A stretch of 64,000 nt of DNA from Raja brachyura (taxonomy: Eukaryota). Both the position numbers and the translations under genes were made by a program. The notes beneath the pieces were generated by a model that saw nothing but the letters and a program-made list of their open reading frames with translations, was not told the origin of the DNA and did not search any database. Shown in pieces: positions 49,903 through 62,844 of the stretch. The stretch lies in NCBI GenBank assembly GCA_963514005.1, contig OY740810.1, forward strand, positions 26,598,001 to 26,662,000, in the 5' to 3' direction. Position 1 is the stretch's first letter. The number at the start of each line of letters is the position of its first letter.

Positions 49903-50180
49903 AGGGTGGCACAGTGGCGCAGCGGTAGAGTTGCTGCCTTACAGCACCAGAGACTTGGGTTTGATCCTGACTAAGGTGTGCTGTCTGTTTGTACATTCTC
50001 CCTGTGACCACATGGGTTTTCTCCAGGTGCTCGGTTTCTTCCCACACTCCAATGATGTACAGGTTTGTAGGTTAATTGGCTTCTGTAAATTGTAAATTGT
50101 CCCGTGTGTAAGATGGTGCTAGTGTACGGGGTGATCACTGGTCAGCGTTGACATGGCCTGTTTCCACGCTGTATCTCTAG
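49903..50180 (+). mobile_element. V-SINE
   Basis: gggtggcacagtggcgcagcggtagag head. Confidence 0.85.
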
Positions 50181-50459
50181 TGTAAAGAAAAGGCTTAGAT
50201 CATCTCCCCAAATGCAGACACCCTTTTGCAACTCTCCAAAAATCACTGTCACCTCACCACTTCCATTTAGCTCTCTCGGTATACACCCCCAAGTCTCTCC
50301 CCTACACTGTAATCCCCTCTCTCCCTCTATTAACCAAATATTTCCATCATCCTTCCACCATTCCCCAAAAAGGATCTTCCCATTACCTTCTACTTCCAGT
50401 TATACTTCCAGTTTCTTCCCAGCTGTTCTCAGGCAGCTGAATCACCCTATCACAACTAT

Positions 50460-51342
50460 ACAATACGATACAATACAATACCATTTATTGTCATTTGAAC
50501 CTCATTGAGGTTCAAACGAAATTTCGTTTCTGCAGTCATACATACAAGAAAAGAACCAAGACACAACACAATTTATACAAACATCCATCACAGTGAATCT
50601 CCTCCTCACTGCGATGGAAGGCAAAGTCTTATCTCTCCCCTGCACTCCCCATTCTTCTCCCGATGTCAGAGTCAAAACCCCCGGCGGGCGACGGTATATA
50701 AGTCCCGCGGCCATTCATGCCGCGCCGGGCGATGCATGTCCCCGCTCCGGGTCTTGATGTTGGAGCCCCCGGCGGGCCCTAGCAAGTCCGGTGGCCATCA
50801 AAGCCGTGCCGGGTGATGTAAGGCCCGCTCCAGGTCGGCTTCAACCCCGCAACTCGGGCGGGAGAAGTTGCCGCTGTGGGAGCTCCGGAAAGCGGTCTCC
50901 CACCAGAAACCCGCGAGCTCCCGGTGTTACCATCCACCGGCCTGCAGCTGGAGCCTCCGAATCTCTGGGGTCGGGCAACAGCAGCGCGCCACCACAGCTC
51001 CTCCCGTTCCGAACTCGGCCAGCCCCACGGTGGTGAGCAGTCCGCAACTCGGCGACTGGAGCCCCAGGTCCGGTTGGAGGCTGCTCCATGGTGCTAGGCC
51101 CCAACGACAACGGAGACCCGACAGAGAAAAGGTCGGTTCCTCCGTACAGGGAAAATATTTTAAAAGTTTCCCCACCCCACCCCCCACCCCCCACACATAT
51201 CCAGCTAAAAAAAACACTAACTAACTCCACTCAAACGAGACAAAAAATAAAAATAAGACAGACGGACTGCAGAGGCCGCTGCGACGAGAGTCGCACCGCC
51301 CACCGCCCACCGCCCACCACCCACCACCCACCTGTACATCTA
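50460..51342 (-). mobile_element. CpG-rich non-coding retroposon inserted in a Rex 3' UTR
   Basis: (ATTGT)n tail, perfect palindrome 50494-50516, internal tandem of about 88 bp, AACTA on both flanks. Confidence 0.65.
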
Positions 51343-51639
51343 AACTAGAGAGCAGTCCTAAACTACTATCCACATTATTGATAATCCTCGTACTATCTTA
51401 GATCAGACTTTTCTGGCTTTATCTTGAACTAAACGTTATTCCTTTATCATGTATTATGTAGTATAGTGCTCATGTACGGGGATCGCTGGTTGGCATGGAC
51501 AGTTAACTGAAGGGCCCGTTTACACTCTGTATCTCTAAATTATACTAAACTACTCACTAGATAATATAATAAACAAACAAAAAGAAAAGAAATTCAATAA
51601 AAAAACAACAGTGCAAAAACAAAACACAGCCCATAATCC

Positions 51640-53222
51640 TAAGAGCAATTAAGGCAGTTCGGAGTTTATTTGGAGTTCATAATGTTCAATAGTCTGACGG
51701 TATTTTGGAAGAAGCTGTTCCTGAAGCTGGACGTTACAGTTTTCAGACTTCGATACTTTCTTCCTGATGGCAGGAGTCAAATGAGGGTATGGCCAGTGTG
51801 GTGTTGCTTCTTGATAATGCTGGCTGCCCTATTGATTCTCATAGATTCCTTCGATGGCGGGGAGATCGAGAACAAATGATAGTTGAATATCTGGATAAAA
51901 GTTGCAATTTTAATCCATCAGAAATAATAGTTGGTTGAAAAATCCGAACTGGATGCTTAGTAACTTGAAAATGTACTGGAGGACTCCATTCAGAGTTTGT
52001 GATATATGGATGAAGAGTGCTGAAAGGTAATATTTTGCTTTATCTATTTCTCCCAGGCAGTTTTATTTTGACATTTATGTGAAGATTATTCAGTCCTTGT
52101 TTAGGATTGTTTGACAGTAGTGGTTAGTTGCTATAAGCAAATGTGTTGATACGTGGAGATACCTCCTATCGTGACTAGGGCTAATGTTTGTGTAAAATAT
52201 ACTAAATCACTGATACCGCACTACTCAATAACAGAATGTGTACTGATGAGTGCTCATTTGTCACATTTAAATGTGACCAATATCTCAGGAGCTTTCATTA
52301 TATGCCCAGTCCTACCTTACTTGAAATTAATGTTATACAGTCAAACCAAACGAAAGGATGATGTACTTATATAAAATGTGGGTTGTCAAAAAATAAATAG
52401 TTGAAACATTTGTTGTATCTCTAGTCTTTACACCAATAAACCACAATTTCTGCATGCTTTTAATGTGTTTACTTTGCCAGATAGTTTAATAAGTTAGCAG
52501 GATATTTTCCATTCCCAGTCAATGGAGTCATGGTGATTTATCAGCAGTGATGGTCATGGCATCTTCTTTCTTCAAAGTGTCCTGGCTGATGTAACTGCTC
52601 CAGCAATGTTAGCAGTTAGTCTATCACACATCTGGTTAGTGTATAAGCTGGCCCATGACTGTCATGTGAAGAGGAGAACATATAAATAACAACATGCGGA
52701 GGTTGAATAGGCTATCGCTTTGCTGCGAGAAACTAAAGCAGTAGTGAAGGGTTGTTGGGAGTGAGGGGGGAGGAGGGGGATGGTGTGGTCTGTGTAGATG
52801 AGAATCCCATCAAGAGTTAAGAGTGTTTAAATGTCATATCTACTAACAACAGAGTAATGGAATTCTCACTTGCTGCTGCTTACAGGCCCGTAAACCCAAC
52901 GACACTCAGATAAATATATACTAATCAATAATTCAATGAATTCATAACTGTAATATTGGGTAACCAAATAGTATAAAAGTGAACCCTGTAGTGCAACTAA
53001 AGCCACAAAGTCAATAGAAGATCATAGTTGCTGAGGTTAGTGTTGTGCGGTGTTCAAGAGCCTGATGGTTATTGGGAAGAAGCTGTTTTTGAACCTGATG
53101 GTCATGAGTTTCAGGCTCCTGTACCTTCTTCCCAATGGTAGTAGTGAAACGAGAGCATGCTCAGTGTGGTGTGGGTCTTTCCTGATATTGGCTGCCTTTT
53201 CGAGGCAGCGCCTCCTATAGAT
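51640..53222 (-). mobile_element. Rex1/Babar 3' fragments (51640-51865 and 52810-53222)
   Basis: LLPLGRRYRSL..RFKNSFFPITIRLLN. Confidence 0.8.
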
Positions 53223-53404
53223 CACTATCGTTTTCTTGATTAAAGCTCAATTCTGTTAATTAACAAATCTTCAAAGTCTCAGACAAATGAACATCTTTTG
53301 TAGGTTGGTTTAAGGGAACACCACATTTCTGAATGTGGCATAACAATTATTTCCTTTTCAATGATCAGATCTAAACCAAAAATAGGTCAATTTCTTTTCA
53401 AGAT

Positions 53405-53624
53405 GTAGAAACAAAGAGCTGCAGGTGCTAGTTTACACCAAAGATGGACGCAGAGCGCTGGAGCAACGGGTCGGGCAGCATCTCTGGAGAAGAAGAATGG
53501 GTGACGTTTCGTGTCGGGACCCTTCAGATTATGAAGAAGGTTGTTGACCCGATAACATCACCCATCCTTTTTCTCCAGAGATGCTGCCTGACCCGTTGAG
53601 TTACCCCAGGACTTTGTGTCTATC
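53405..53624. mobile_element. Fold-back Penelope terminal-repeat element
   Basis: Inverted arms around opposed degenerate hammerhead-like cores. Confidence 0.75.
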
Positions 53625-54215
53625 AATTTTATTTTCAATATTGTTAATGCTTCACTTCAAGTTGCTATGTAAATATGGGTTATTGGTATTTCTGATGGCA
53701 TTTGTTGGTCACCGAGGGCTCTCCATCTGGCCTCAATATACTGAATATTCTTGAGCACAGGAGCCTGGATCCTAGAGTCGGAACAAGTTTATTCACAACA
53801 CTTAGTAACTGTGCACATGAAAAATGACCACTTTGGTGAAGAAGAGGGGATTTAATGATACCCCTGATACTGTAATCTTGGTTCAGAGGAACAAACTTTT
53901 CTGCTATGGAAAGTTATAAATGGTAACATCTTACACTAAGGAGCTGAGCACAAAGTCTAGCCAATACCACAACCTAGTACTATGAGAGTACTGCACTGTC
54001 TGAAGTATTGGTTTTCGGATGTAAAAATTCCAATGGGGATATTTTGAAGAGTAACATGAAATTCTCCCAGAATTCTTGCTGATATTTTCCCCCTTTGAAC
54101 AATATTAAATCAAATTACCTGCTCATTAATGATTTTGGGAGCTGCCATGTTTTCTAAGTAAAAATATGACTATGCTTTGCAAGGGGTTAATTGGATGTAA
54201 AGTGACTTGGGACAT

Positions 54216-55045
54216 GTAACGTAAGGGTTAAAACAGGCTTTTCAGATAAAAGTGAGTTGTCTGCTAACAGTCCCTACGTTGAGCAAGTAGGCTTGCTTAG
54301 AAAAACAATTAGGAGAATAATTGGGCTCATTTGGAAATCACAAGGCCTCCGATCATGCAACCTCAAATATGTATAGTAATAAGACAGGACCAACCTTTCT
54401 TCCCAGAGACATCTGAGGTTAGTTCAGTCCTGATGTAATGAATAATCCCTGTTCCTATTACTAAGGAGGGTACCTATTTTTTTTAAAATATTTTTGTTAG
54501 CTGTTTGTAGATTAGGGAAGACACAAACTGCTGGAGTAATTTCAGCAGGCAGGCAGCATCTCTGGAGAGAAGGAATGGGTGACGTTTTGGGTCGAGATCC
54601 TTCTTCAGACTGAGAGTCAGGGGAGAGGGAGTCTAGAGATATAGAAGGTTAAGGTGTGAAAAAGACAGATCCAAGCAGACGAAGATCTGTGATAGGAAGA
54701 CAAAGTGCAGGCTTATTGATCATACAAGTTCATACTTCGAGTCATCGCACTGGACTTCATCTCAGGCCTGGATCCGGGACCCAGCCAGTACCCTCGAGTC
54801 TCCAGGCCAGGCCACTGTTATGGAGCCTCCAGCAAGTGGGAGCAAGGCATGAGACTTCTTGCTACCAGCTGCTGCTCGTTCCAGTGAGGACCTGACAAGC
54901 TGAAGGGTGTGAGACTTGTGACTTATTTAATCCTCTACTTATCCTTTTACTGTATTTCACTATACTTTAATAAACGTTGTTTCTTTGTAACCTTGCAGTG
55001 TTCTCTCCCCGCCATTGATCTGAATCCTCGAAACCTTTTGTTCCA
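54216..55045 (+). mobile_element. Possible solo LTR interrupted by a Penelope repeat (54517-54700)
   Basis: Starts TGTAAC, AATAAA near 54969, ends CA; no TSD found. Confidence 0.3.
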
Positions 55046-55224
55046 TTAAAGGATATCGTAATGCACAGATTTTATTATTCTTTTGTGCTAAAGTATAGCC
55101 CAGTATCTTCAAAGATCCAAATGAATAGAATTCATCAGAAGGAAGTAGTAATTAGTCATGTTGCATTATTAGTTTATACTTGTACTTGCTACTTTTTTTG
55201 CATCCCACTTTTTTTCCCCCTTAC

Positions 55225-55519
55225 TATAGAGATACAACATGGAAACAGGCTCTTTGGCCCACTGAGTCCACCAATAGTTCTATGTTATCCCACTTGCACA
55301 TGAACTTACTGCACACTAGAGGCAATTTACAGAGGCCAGTTAACACACAAACCCGTATGTCTTTGGGATGTGGGAGGAAACCAGAGCACCTGCAGAAAAT
55401 CCAGGCGTTCACAGGGAGAACGTGCAAACTCCACACAGTCCGCATCCAAGTTCGGGATCAAACCCGGGTCTCTGGCGCGGTGAGGCAGCAGCTCTACCAG
55501 CTGTGCCACTATGCTGCCC
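55225..55519 (-). mobile_element. V-SINE
   Basis: Head, V domain and tail. Confidence 0.8.
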
Positions 55520-55839
55520 TAAATGTGATTAATGTGCTTTTTATGATTTTTTTTTATCGTTTTAAATACAATCTCAATTATTTTCAGTCATTTAATCAGT
55601 GAAAATATCCCTTGAGGGCACAAGTGTTCTGAGCAGTGCTGGGGTTGGGACCACGGGGTGCGCTGCCTTCAAGCCTGGTCACCCCTTGTTGCGACCCATT
55701 CCTCTAGGAGCTCAGCTCTGGAGCCAAGGCCTTAAGGCCATTGCGAGCCAAGAGCTGCTTGTATTCTTAACATCTTACCCTTCATTTTTAAATGAACATG
55801 ACACTAGCTCTGTGCAGATCCTGGTTTAAACTAAAGATA

Positions 55840-56326
55840 GACATAGAAACATAGAAACATAAATAATAGGTGCAGGAGTAGGCCACAGCCCTTCGAGCCA
55901 GCACCTCCATTCAATATGATTGCAACTGATCATCCAAAATCAATACCCCGTTCTTGTTTTCTCCCTATATCCCTTGATTCCGTTAGCCCTAGGAACTATA
56001 TCTAACTCTCTCTTGACAACATCCAGTGAATTGGCCTCCACTGCCTCAGAGAGATTCACAACTCTCTGGGGTGAAAACATTTTTCCTCATCTCAGTCCTA
56101 AATGGCCGACCGCTTATTCTTAAAATGTGACCCCTGCTTCTGGACTCCCCCAACATCGGGAAAACTTTTTGGGTCGAGACCTTTCTTCTGAAGTCTGTGT
56201 CTGAAGAAGGGTCTCGACATTAAAAATGTTCCCGATGTTGGGGGAGTCCAGAACCAGGGGTCACCCATTCCTTCTATCCAGAGATGCTGCCTGTCCCGCT
56301 GAGTTACTCCAGCATTTTGTGTCTAT
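55840..56326. mobile_element. CR1 3' fragment (-) fused to a Penelope fold-back repeat
   Basis: CR1 55840-56162; hammerhead-like core near 56199; 36-bp inverted CR1 copy at 56229-56264. Confidence 0.8.
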
Positions 56327-57156
56327 GGCACTTGCTCTACCTGGTTTCGTTGGGCATTTATTTGAACATAGTTCATTCCACTGGGGGAAAAAAGTGACCT
56401 CTTTCTCAACTTAGATCGTTAAACGAAAGTTAGAAATATCACACATAGTCACGCAAACAGCAAAATGTTACCATCAACAAAATTTGCAAATAATGAACCA
56501 GCAGTCTCTTTATGTTTTTGCAAAACAGATGAGCTACACTGAGGGGAGAGGATATCAATGCATAGCAGCAATCAGCTGCCCCCTGATTGTAGACAGGTCT
56601 TGTCATGAAGCAGCATCTTTTTTTAATTTAAGTATTTACTGGCATTCCATTGCATTCACATTCATCTTACACATTGTGTAGCGGGAGAACAACAATAAAT
56701 CTGAGTAAATAAAGAATCTTCTTCAGCCTGCAGGTGAAAATTTAGCCAGACTGCATTGCATGTTTGCATTGTGCTTTGCGTGTTACAGTGATCAGCAGCT
56801 GCCGTGGTTAAAGGACACCAGACCTGTACTTAGCACAGTTCACATGCAAGGCAACCAGAGAAATCTGCTTTTCATTTCCCTTGACGTGTCTTATTTGAAT
56901 TGTTCCTCCACCCGAGTTGTGAGTTAAAACTGGAGCGTAATATATGGGAGAATGTAACACACCTAGGTATGGGGTTTTCAGCACTGACGCTGGAACAGAA
57001 CGAACATGGCAAATAGAAGTCTGAAGAAAGGTCTCGACCTGTAACGTCACTTATTCCTTTTCTCCAGAGATGCCGGCTGACCCACTGAGTTACTCCAGCT
57101 TTTTGTGTTTATCTAAGGCAAATAGAAAGCTTAGAGTGGAGGCTAACCAAGATAAT

Positions 57157-57480
57157 AGGCCAGCACACTGGTACAGTTAAAAGAGCTGCTGCTTCACACC
57201 TCCAATGCCCTGGGTCCAATCCTAACCTCTGTAGTTTGCATGTTCTCCGTGTGACTGCATGGGTTTCCTCCAGGTGCCCTGGTTTCCACCCACATCCCAA
57301 AGACATGCAGGTTTGTAGGTTAATTGGTCTCTGTAAATTGCCCCGAGTGTGAAGGGAGTGCATGATAATGTGGGATAACACAGAACTACTATGAAAGGGT
57401 GATCGATGGTGGCTTGACTGTTGGCTGAATGGTCTGTTCCCATGTTGTATCTCTAAACTAAAACTAGATCTAAACTAAAC
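57157..57480 (+). mobile_element. V-SINE
   Basis: V domain and (CTAAA)n tail. Confidence 0.8.
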
Positions 57481-57811
57481 TACTACTAATTAAGCAGCAA
57501 CAGTGAAGGAATGATTGATTAAACTTTCATTCATGATAATTTGAAATTACCAGAAGCCTTTTCACACAGATTAAAGAGAGAAACTTCCAAATAGTTTGAG
57601 TGATTCGGGAGAGTGTTGAAAGCTGCAAAGGAAGAGTCGCGAATCAAGGCAAGAGAGACAAGAATGTTTAATTTTCATATGTACTGACAAAAGAACAATG
57701 CAATTCTCACTTGCTGATCTTAACAGGCAATACACACTGATAAATATCCAATAATCAATGATAAACTAAGTTAATAACAGTAATTCTAGGTAACGATAAT
57801 AGTGTAAAACC

Positions 57812-58936
57812 AAAGCTGAAACCCGCCCACAACAATAATCACCCTTTCACCTCATGCACAATTTGAACCCAAACATTTGTTGAATGTGGGGCCATTCATC
57901 GAGGCAATAAAACCCCGCAAGGAACACGTAATCGGTCTGGGTTTTTGAACTTACGTGCAATCGAAGACACAATCAAAACAAGATCCTGGTTGTTGAGGTT
58001 AGGGTTGTGCAGTGTTGAAGAGACTGCTAGAAAGAACTTGTTCTTGAACCAGGTGCTCATGGTTTCAGGATTCTGCACCTTCGTCCCAATGATAGGAGTA
58101 AAATGAGAGTGTGGCCTGTATGGTGTGGGCCTTTCAATGATGGGGAGGTCAGTACCTGTGTTGGACCGGGCACCGTCCACCGCTCTCCCATTCAAGATAC
58201 CAAACCAGGACATGATACAACAAGTCAGTATGCTCCTTAAATTGGGGCAATAGTTTTCCTCACAGAAACCAATGTTTTGGAAGTGGTAGCCAACTGTCTG
58301 CATTTTATTTTCCTGCAGAAGGCACTGGCAGATCAAGGAGCGATGAACACGACAACTCATTTCTTTACCACTGCATGCATTCTACTTGAGTACTTTGGTT
58401 TCCAATGCTGACCCACCTGTCTGGTCCATTATCTTCATCAATTAGCTCTGAAAGGCATGGCTAGTTCATTCATCTGTTCAAGCTGTTCTGTTACTGTGCC
58501 AGATATTCTGCCCGTGGGTTGAAAGCTGGCAACAAATATCCCCTCTTACAGCAGGGCTACAGTTCACAAAGCCAGTGTTCCCTGCCAATGCTAACAGGGA
58601 ACACGGTTCATTGCACGAAGATTGGGGCTGGGAAGTTAGCAAAGAACAAAGAGTTAGAGGGTGGCAAATATAGTTGAGAGAAGTAGAGCTAAACTGGATT
58701 GAAGATAATTCCTCAAAACCGAAACAACAGAACAAATAAAGCTTGGGTTCTCTAAGGGATACAATGCTAATTTAACATATTTAATTGAAAAACGCAAGTT
58801 CAAAAACCCAGACAGATTATGTGTTCCTTGCGGGGTTTTATTGCCTTGATGAATGGCCCCACATTCAACAAATGTTTGGGTTCAAATTGTGCATGAGGTG
58901 AAAGGGTGATTATTGTTGTGGGCGGGTTTCAGCTTT
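57812..58936. repeat. 145-bp inverted duplication: 57812-57956 vs 58792-58936
   Basis: Reverse-complement match with about 4 substitutions; left copy sits inside a Rex fragment (57655-58240). Confidence 0.95.
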
Positions 58937-59354
58937 TGTCTGGCTCTGTATTGCTTCAGTTCCCAAATATTGGCCTCGACTTCCCCTGCCGCTCTTGTAC
59001 AAATGCTATATTAAACTAGGACAAAGGAAATCCCACCACCAAGCACGCTATTTTTCCACCTTGTTTCAACAAAAAGGGGAACGAGCAGCTTTGGGACAGA
59101 GCAACAGGTCTAGCTCCTCAAATTCTGACAGTAACTTGAAAGGCAAATTGAGTGCAGATCACTATGTACACTGGGAGTGTAGTGTAGAGTGTACAAATGA
59201 AGGGACAATGTGCAGATCATTCTGCCTTGACAAAGCAGTTCTTTTTCAATCCAAATTCTCCCAACACTACCATTGGAAACTTCATCAGGAAGGTCAGATG
59301 TCCCTCTGTCTACATTTCATCTGGGATTCCTTGGCCATGGTATTTCCTGATTCT

Positions 59355-60065
59355 ATAAGCCATAGGAGCAGAATCAGCCCATTTGACCCATCGAGTCTGC
59401 TCTGCCTTTTAGTAGTGGCTGATCCATATTTTCCTCTCAACCCCATTCTCCCGCCTTCTCCCCATAACCTATGACACCCTTATTAATCAAGAACCTCTCA
59501 ATTTCCACTTTAAAAATATCCAGTGACTTGGCTACCACAATTATTGAAGGAGGTAATTCAGCACAAGACTCCATGCTGTCTCCAGGTAATAGCAATCCAG
59601 CTAGTTCCTCACCACTTCCTTTCCTCCAGAGATGTTGCCTGACCCGTTGAGTTACTCCAGCATTTTGTGTATAGTTCCTCTCTTCATAATTTCCCCATGA
59701 TACCAGATCCCTGAAGCTTATAAACCACTTGTACCTGCTACTCTGCTACTTCCAATGAAACATGCATACACTTCAAAGAACAGGCCATTGCTTTAAGGTG
59801 GGAGGGGAAACGTTTAGAGGAGATGAGTGGGGCAAGTTTTTCACACAGAGTGATGGGAATTTGAAATGTGCTGCCAGAGATGGTAGTGGAGGCAGATAGA
59901 CAGGGGCATTCAAGGGAGGTTTAGGTAGGCATATAGATATGCAGGGAATGGAGGGGTATGGATAAGGTGCAGGCAGGGAAGATTAGTTTAACTTGAAATC
60001 ATGTTAGCACAGATGTTGTGGGCCGAAGGGTCTGTTCCTGTGCCGTACTGTTTATGTTCTATCCC
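59355..60065. mobile_element. CR1 3' fragments (59355-59540 -, 59780-60065 +)
   Basis: CR1 tails. Confidence 0.75.
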
Positions 60066-60519
60066 CTGATCTCTATGTTTTTGTACATTTATTAGAATTT
60101 TATTCTTCCTTTTAATTCCACATTCTTCCAACCAAAATATAACACTTCACATTTCCTACCCCGAAATTGCACCTGCTACCTCTCTGCCCATTTCACCGTC
60201 TTTCGATATCTCGTTGAAGTCTAATATCATCCTCCTTGCGCTCTCTATACTCTGACTTGATACCATCCTCCTTATTGTGCCCTAGAGCCCTGGTTCTTGA
60301 GAGATATTGAGGTTCTGGTCAAGGAAAGGAAGGTGGCAAATGTTAGATATAGATGGTTGGGTTCAAACAAATCTCATGAGGTGTATTAAGAATGTAGAAC
60401 AGATGCAGGTGTAGAAGAAAATAAGGAAGGCAAAAAGGTAACATATGATATCCTTGGCAGGTAAAATACATCTCAGGTAGCCTGTCCTGGGCCTAGCAGA
60501 TAGATGTGATCACAAACAA

Positions 60520-61095
60520 GATGCACCAGTGCACCTGTACCTCCTGCCCTTTGGTAGCAGCGAGAAGAGGCGATGCCAAGATGGTGGGGATGCTTGATGA
60601 TAGATGCAACTTTCAAAAGTCAGCATCTCATGAAGATGCTTTTGATGGTGGGGAGGGCTGTGCCGTGATGGAGCAGGACATATTCTGCAGCCTCTTGTGT
60701 TCCTGTGTATTGGAACTGTCGCACAGGCCATGATACAAACAGACAGGATACTTTCTTAGTGCATCTGTAGACGTTTGTTAGTGTATTCAATGACATACTG
60801 CATCTCTGCAAACTTCTGAGAAAGTAGAGGCAGTGGTGCACCTTGTTTGCCATTACATCTGAGAAGTTAACGTCAAGGTAGTTGAAGCTGCTAACTCTCT
60901 CCAGTGGCAAACCATCGATACAAACTGGAATCTCTTGACTCCCCCTTTCTGAAGACGATGATTAGTTCCTCGATGTTGTTGACGTTGAGCTAGAAGTTGG
61001 TGTTGCGACACTACCCCACCAGGAGTTTTATCTCTCTCCCGAATGGTAACTCATGACAACCTGTGATACTGGAAACAACAGTGATGGCATTGTCA
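60520..61095 (-). mobile_element. Old Rex1/Babar fragment
   Basis: ERVSSFNYL..LYFLRSL; LFSLLPKGRRYR. Confidence 0.7.
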
Positions 61096-61289
61096 TTTCA
61101 TCCTCCATTTCTTTGCTCACGTTCCCAGTTGATCTTGAGCCTGCTGTAACCGGAGACAAACTTCTTCACTGTCCACAACACCAGTTTTGGTGTAATCTGC
61201 AGATTTATTTATCACGCCCACCCACATTCTCATCTAAATCATTAAAACAAATGACCAACAATAGGCACAACACTGATCCCTGCAGTACA

Positions 61290-62100
61290 CCACTGGTCAG
61301 AGTACAGTTTAACCAGACATTGCAAGATTGCACTTGGAATATTATATGCAGTTTTGGTCGTCATACTATCGGAAGAATGTGGGAAATTATTCGCATGCAT
61401 GCTGCCAAGACTGGAGGGCTTGAATTATAAGGATCAATTGGATCGTCTGGGATTATTTTCACTGGAGTGAAGTAAGCCAAGGAATATTGTAAAATCAGGA
61501 GGGGTACAGATAAACTGAATGGTCACAGTCTTTTTCTCAGATTAAACAAGTTTGAAAGGAGAGGGTTTAGATTTGAGGTAAAATGGGAAAGATTAAAAGG
61601 GGTCCTGAGGGGAAGGTTTTGCATACAGAGGTTGATGGGTATATGGAACGACCTGCCAGAAGGAGTGGTATAGGCAAGTACCATAACATTGTTTAAAATA
61701 CAATTAGACAGGTTCATGCAAAGGAAAGGTTTAAAGGTATATGAGACAAATACAGGCAAATGGCACCAGCTTCCAACGCCTCCATAGCACCTTCATCGGC
61801 ATGGATGTTATGGGGCCAATAAAGGCAGATAAAGACAAATTGTGTGTAACTAATGTGATAGAGACTTTTCATAACATTATAGAATGGATTGACAAGGGAA
61901 ACAAGGCTGATGTGGTGTATATGAATATCCAAAAGGAATTTGATAATGTAGTACATCATCTACTTGTTATCAGTATTGGAAGGCAGGGAGTATGAGGGGC
62001 TGGAGCAGGGTGGATAGAAAATTAGCTAAATAACTGCAAACACAGCATAATGATAACTTGTTTTAGGATCGGAGGGAAGTGTTTAGTGGAATTTCTCAGG
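61290..62100 (+). mobile_element. Old CR1 fragments, including RT-region remnant
   Basis: ORF 61741-61995 CVTNVIETF..WIDKGNKADVVYMNIQKEFDNV resembles CR1 RT CLTNL..DVVYLDFQKAFDKV. Confidence 0.7.
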
Positions 62101-62844
62101 ATGCGTACAACACCAGGAACTGTAGATGCTGAAATCTTGTGCAAAACACAAGGGTCTGGAGTAACTTAACAACTCTGGCAACATTAGTGAAAGGAATGGA
62201 TAGGGAATGTTGCCTGTCCACAGATGCTGCCCGACCGATTGAGTTATTCCAGACCTTGTATTCCGTAATATATATTGAAGTATATGCTGTTGGATTGTCA
62301 ATAGTGATGGCAATCCTTAGATTCTAGGTCATGTACGTACGTACGTACGAGTCCTATGTTATGTCAGGAATGCTGGTGATCTTCTCACTTGATGCATTGG
62401 GTCTTTTGAGACATTGTTGAGGACATCCTTCCAGAATCCTGGGGTGTTGTTGGATAGATCAATAGACCAATAGACCAATAGACCTTCCTCATCTGATTTC
62501 AATCTTCTAAATGCATGTGTGAGAATCTATCTTGATTGGTACCATTTTAAAAACTCGACTCAGTATGAACAGCATATGATTTCTAACAGCAACATAATCA
62601 ATGGTGTTGTTTCGATATATTGACTTTAAGGATACTAGCTTAATGCCATCTGCTTTGACTTTGGAGGTTGTTTTCATTCTGTGTGAGCCTTAGGTTATCA
62701 GTCACCTGTATCTAGTGTGCTTCTGAGTACCTTTTAGTCATAAACTAGTGGAGTCATGTAATAGAACAGAATTAGGCCCTTCAATCCACCAACCCATGCA
62801 AACCATCAAACATCGTTAACACTGGAACATAGCACATATTGTAG

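Noticed and set aside
49903-49975. tRNA genes at SINE heads
   Set aside because: A/B-box heads run directly into the V domain and LINE tail; no intact cloverleaf
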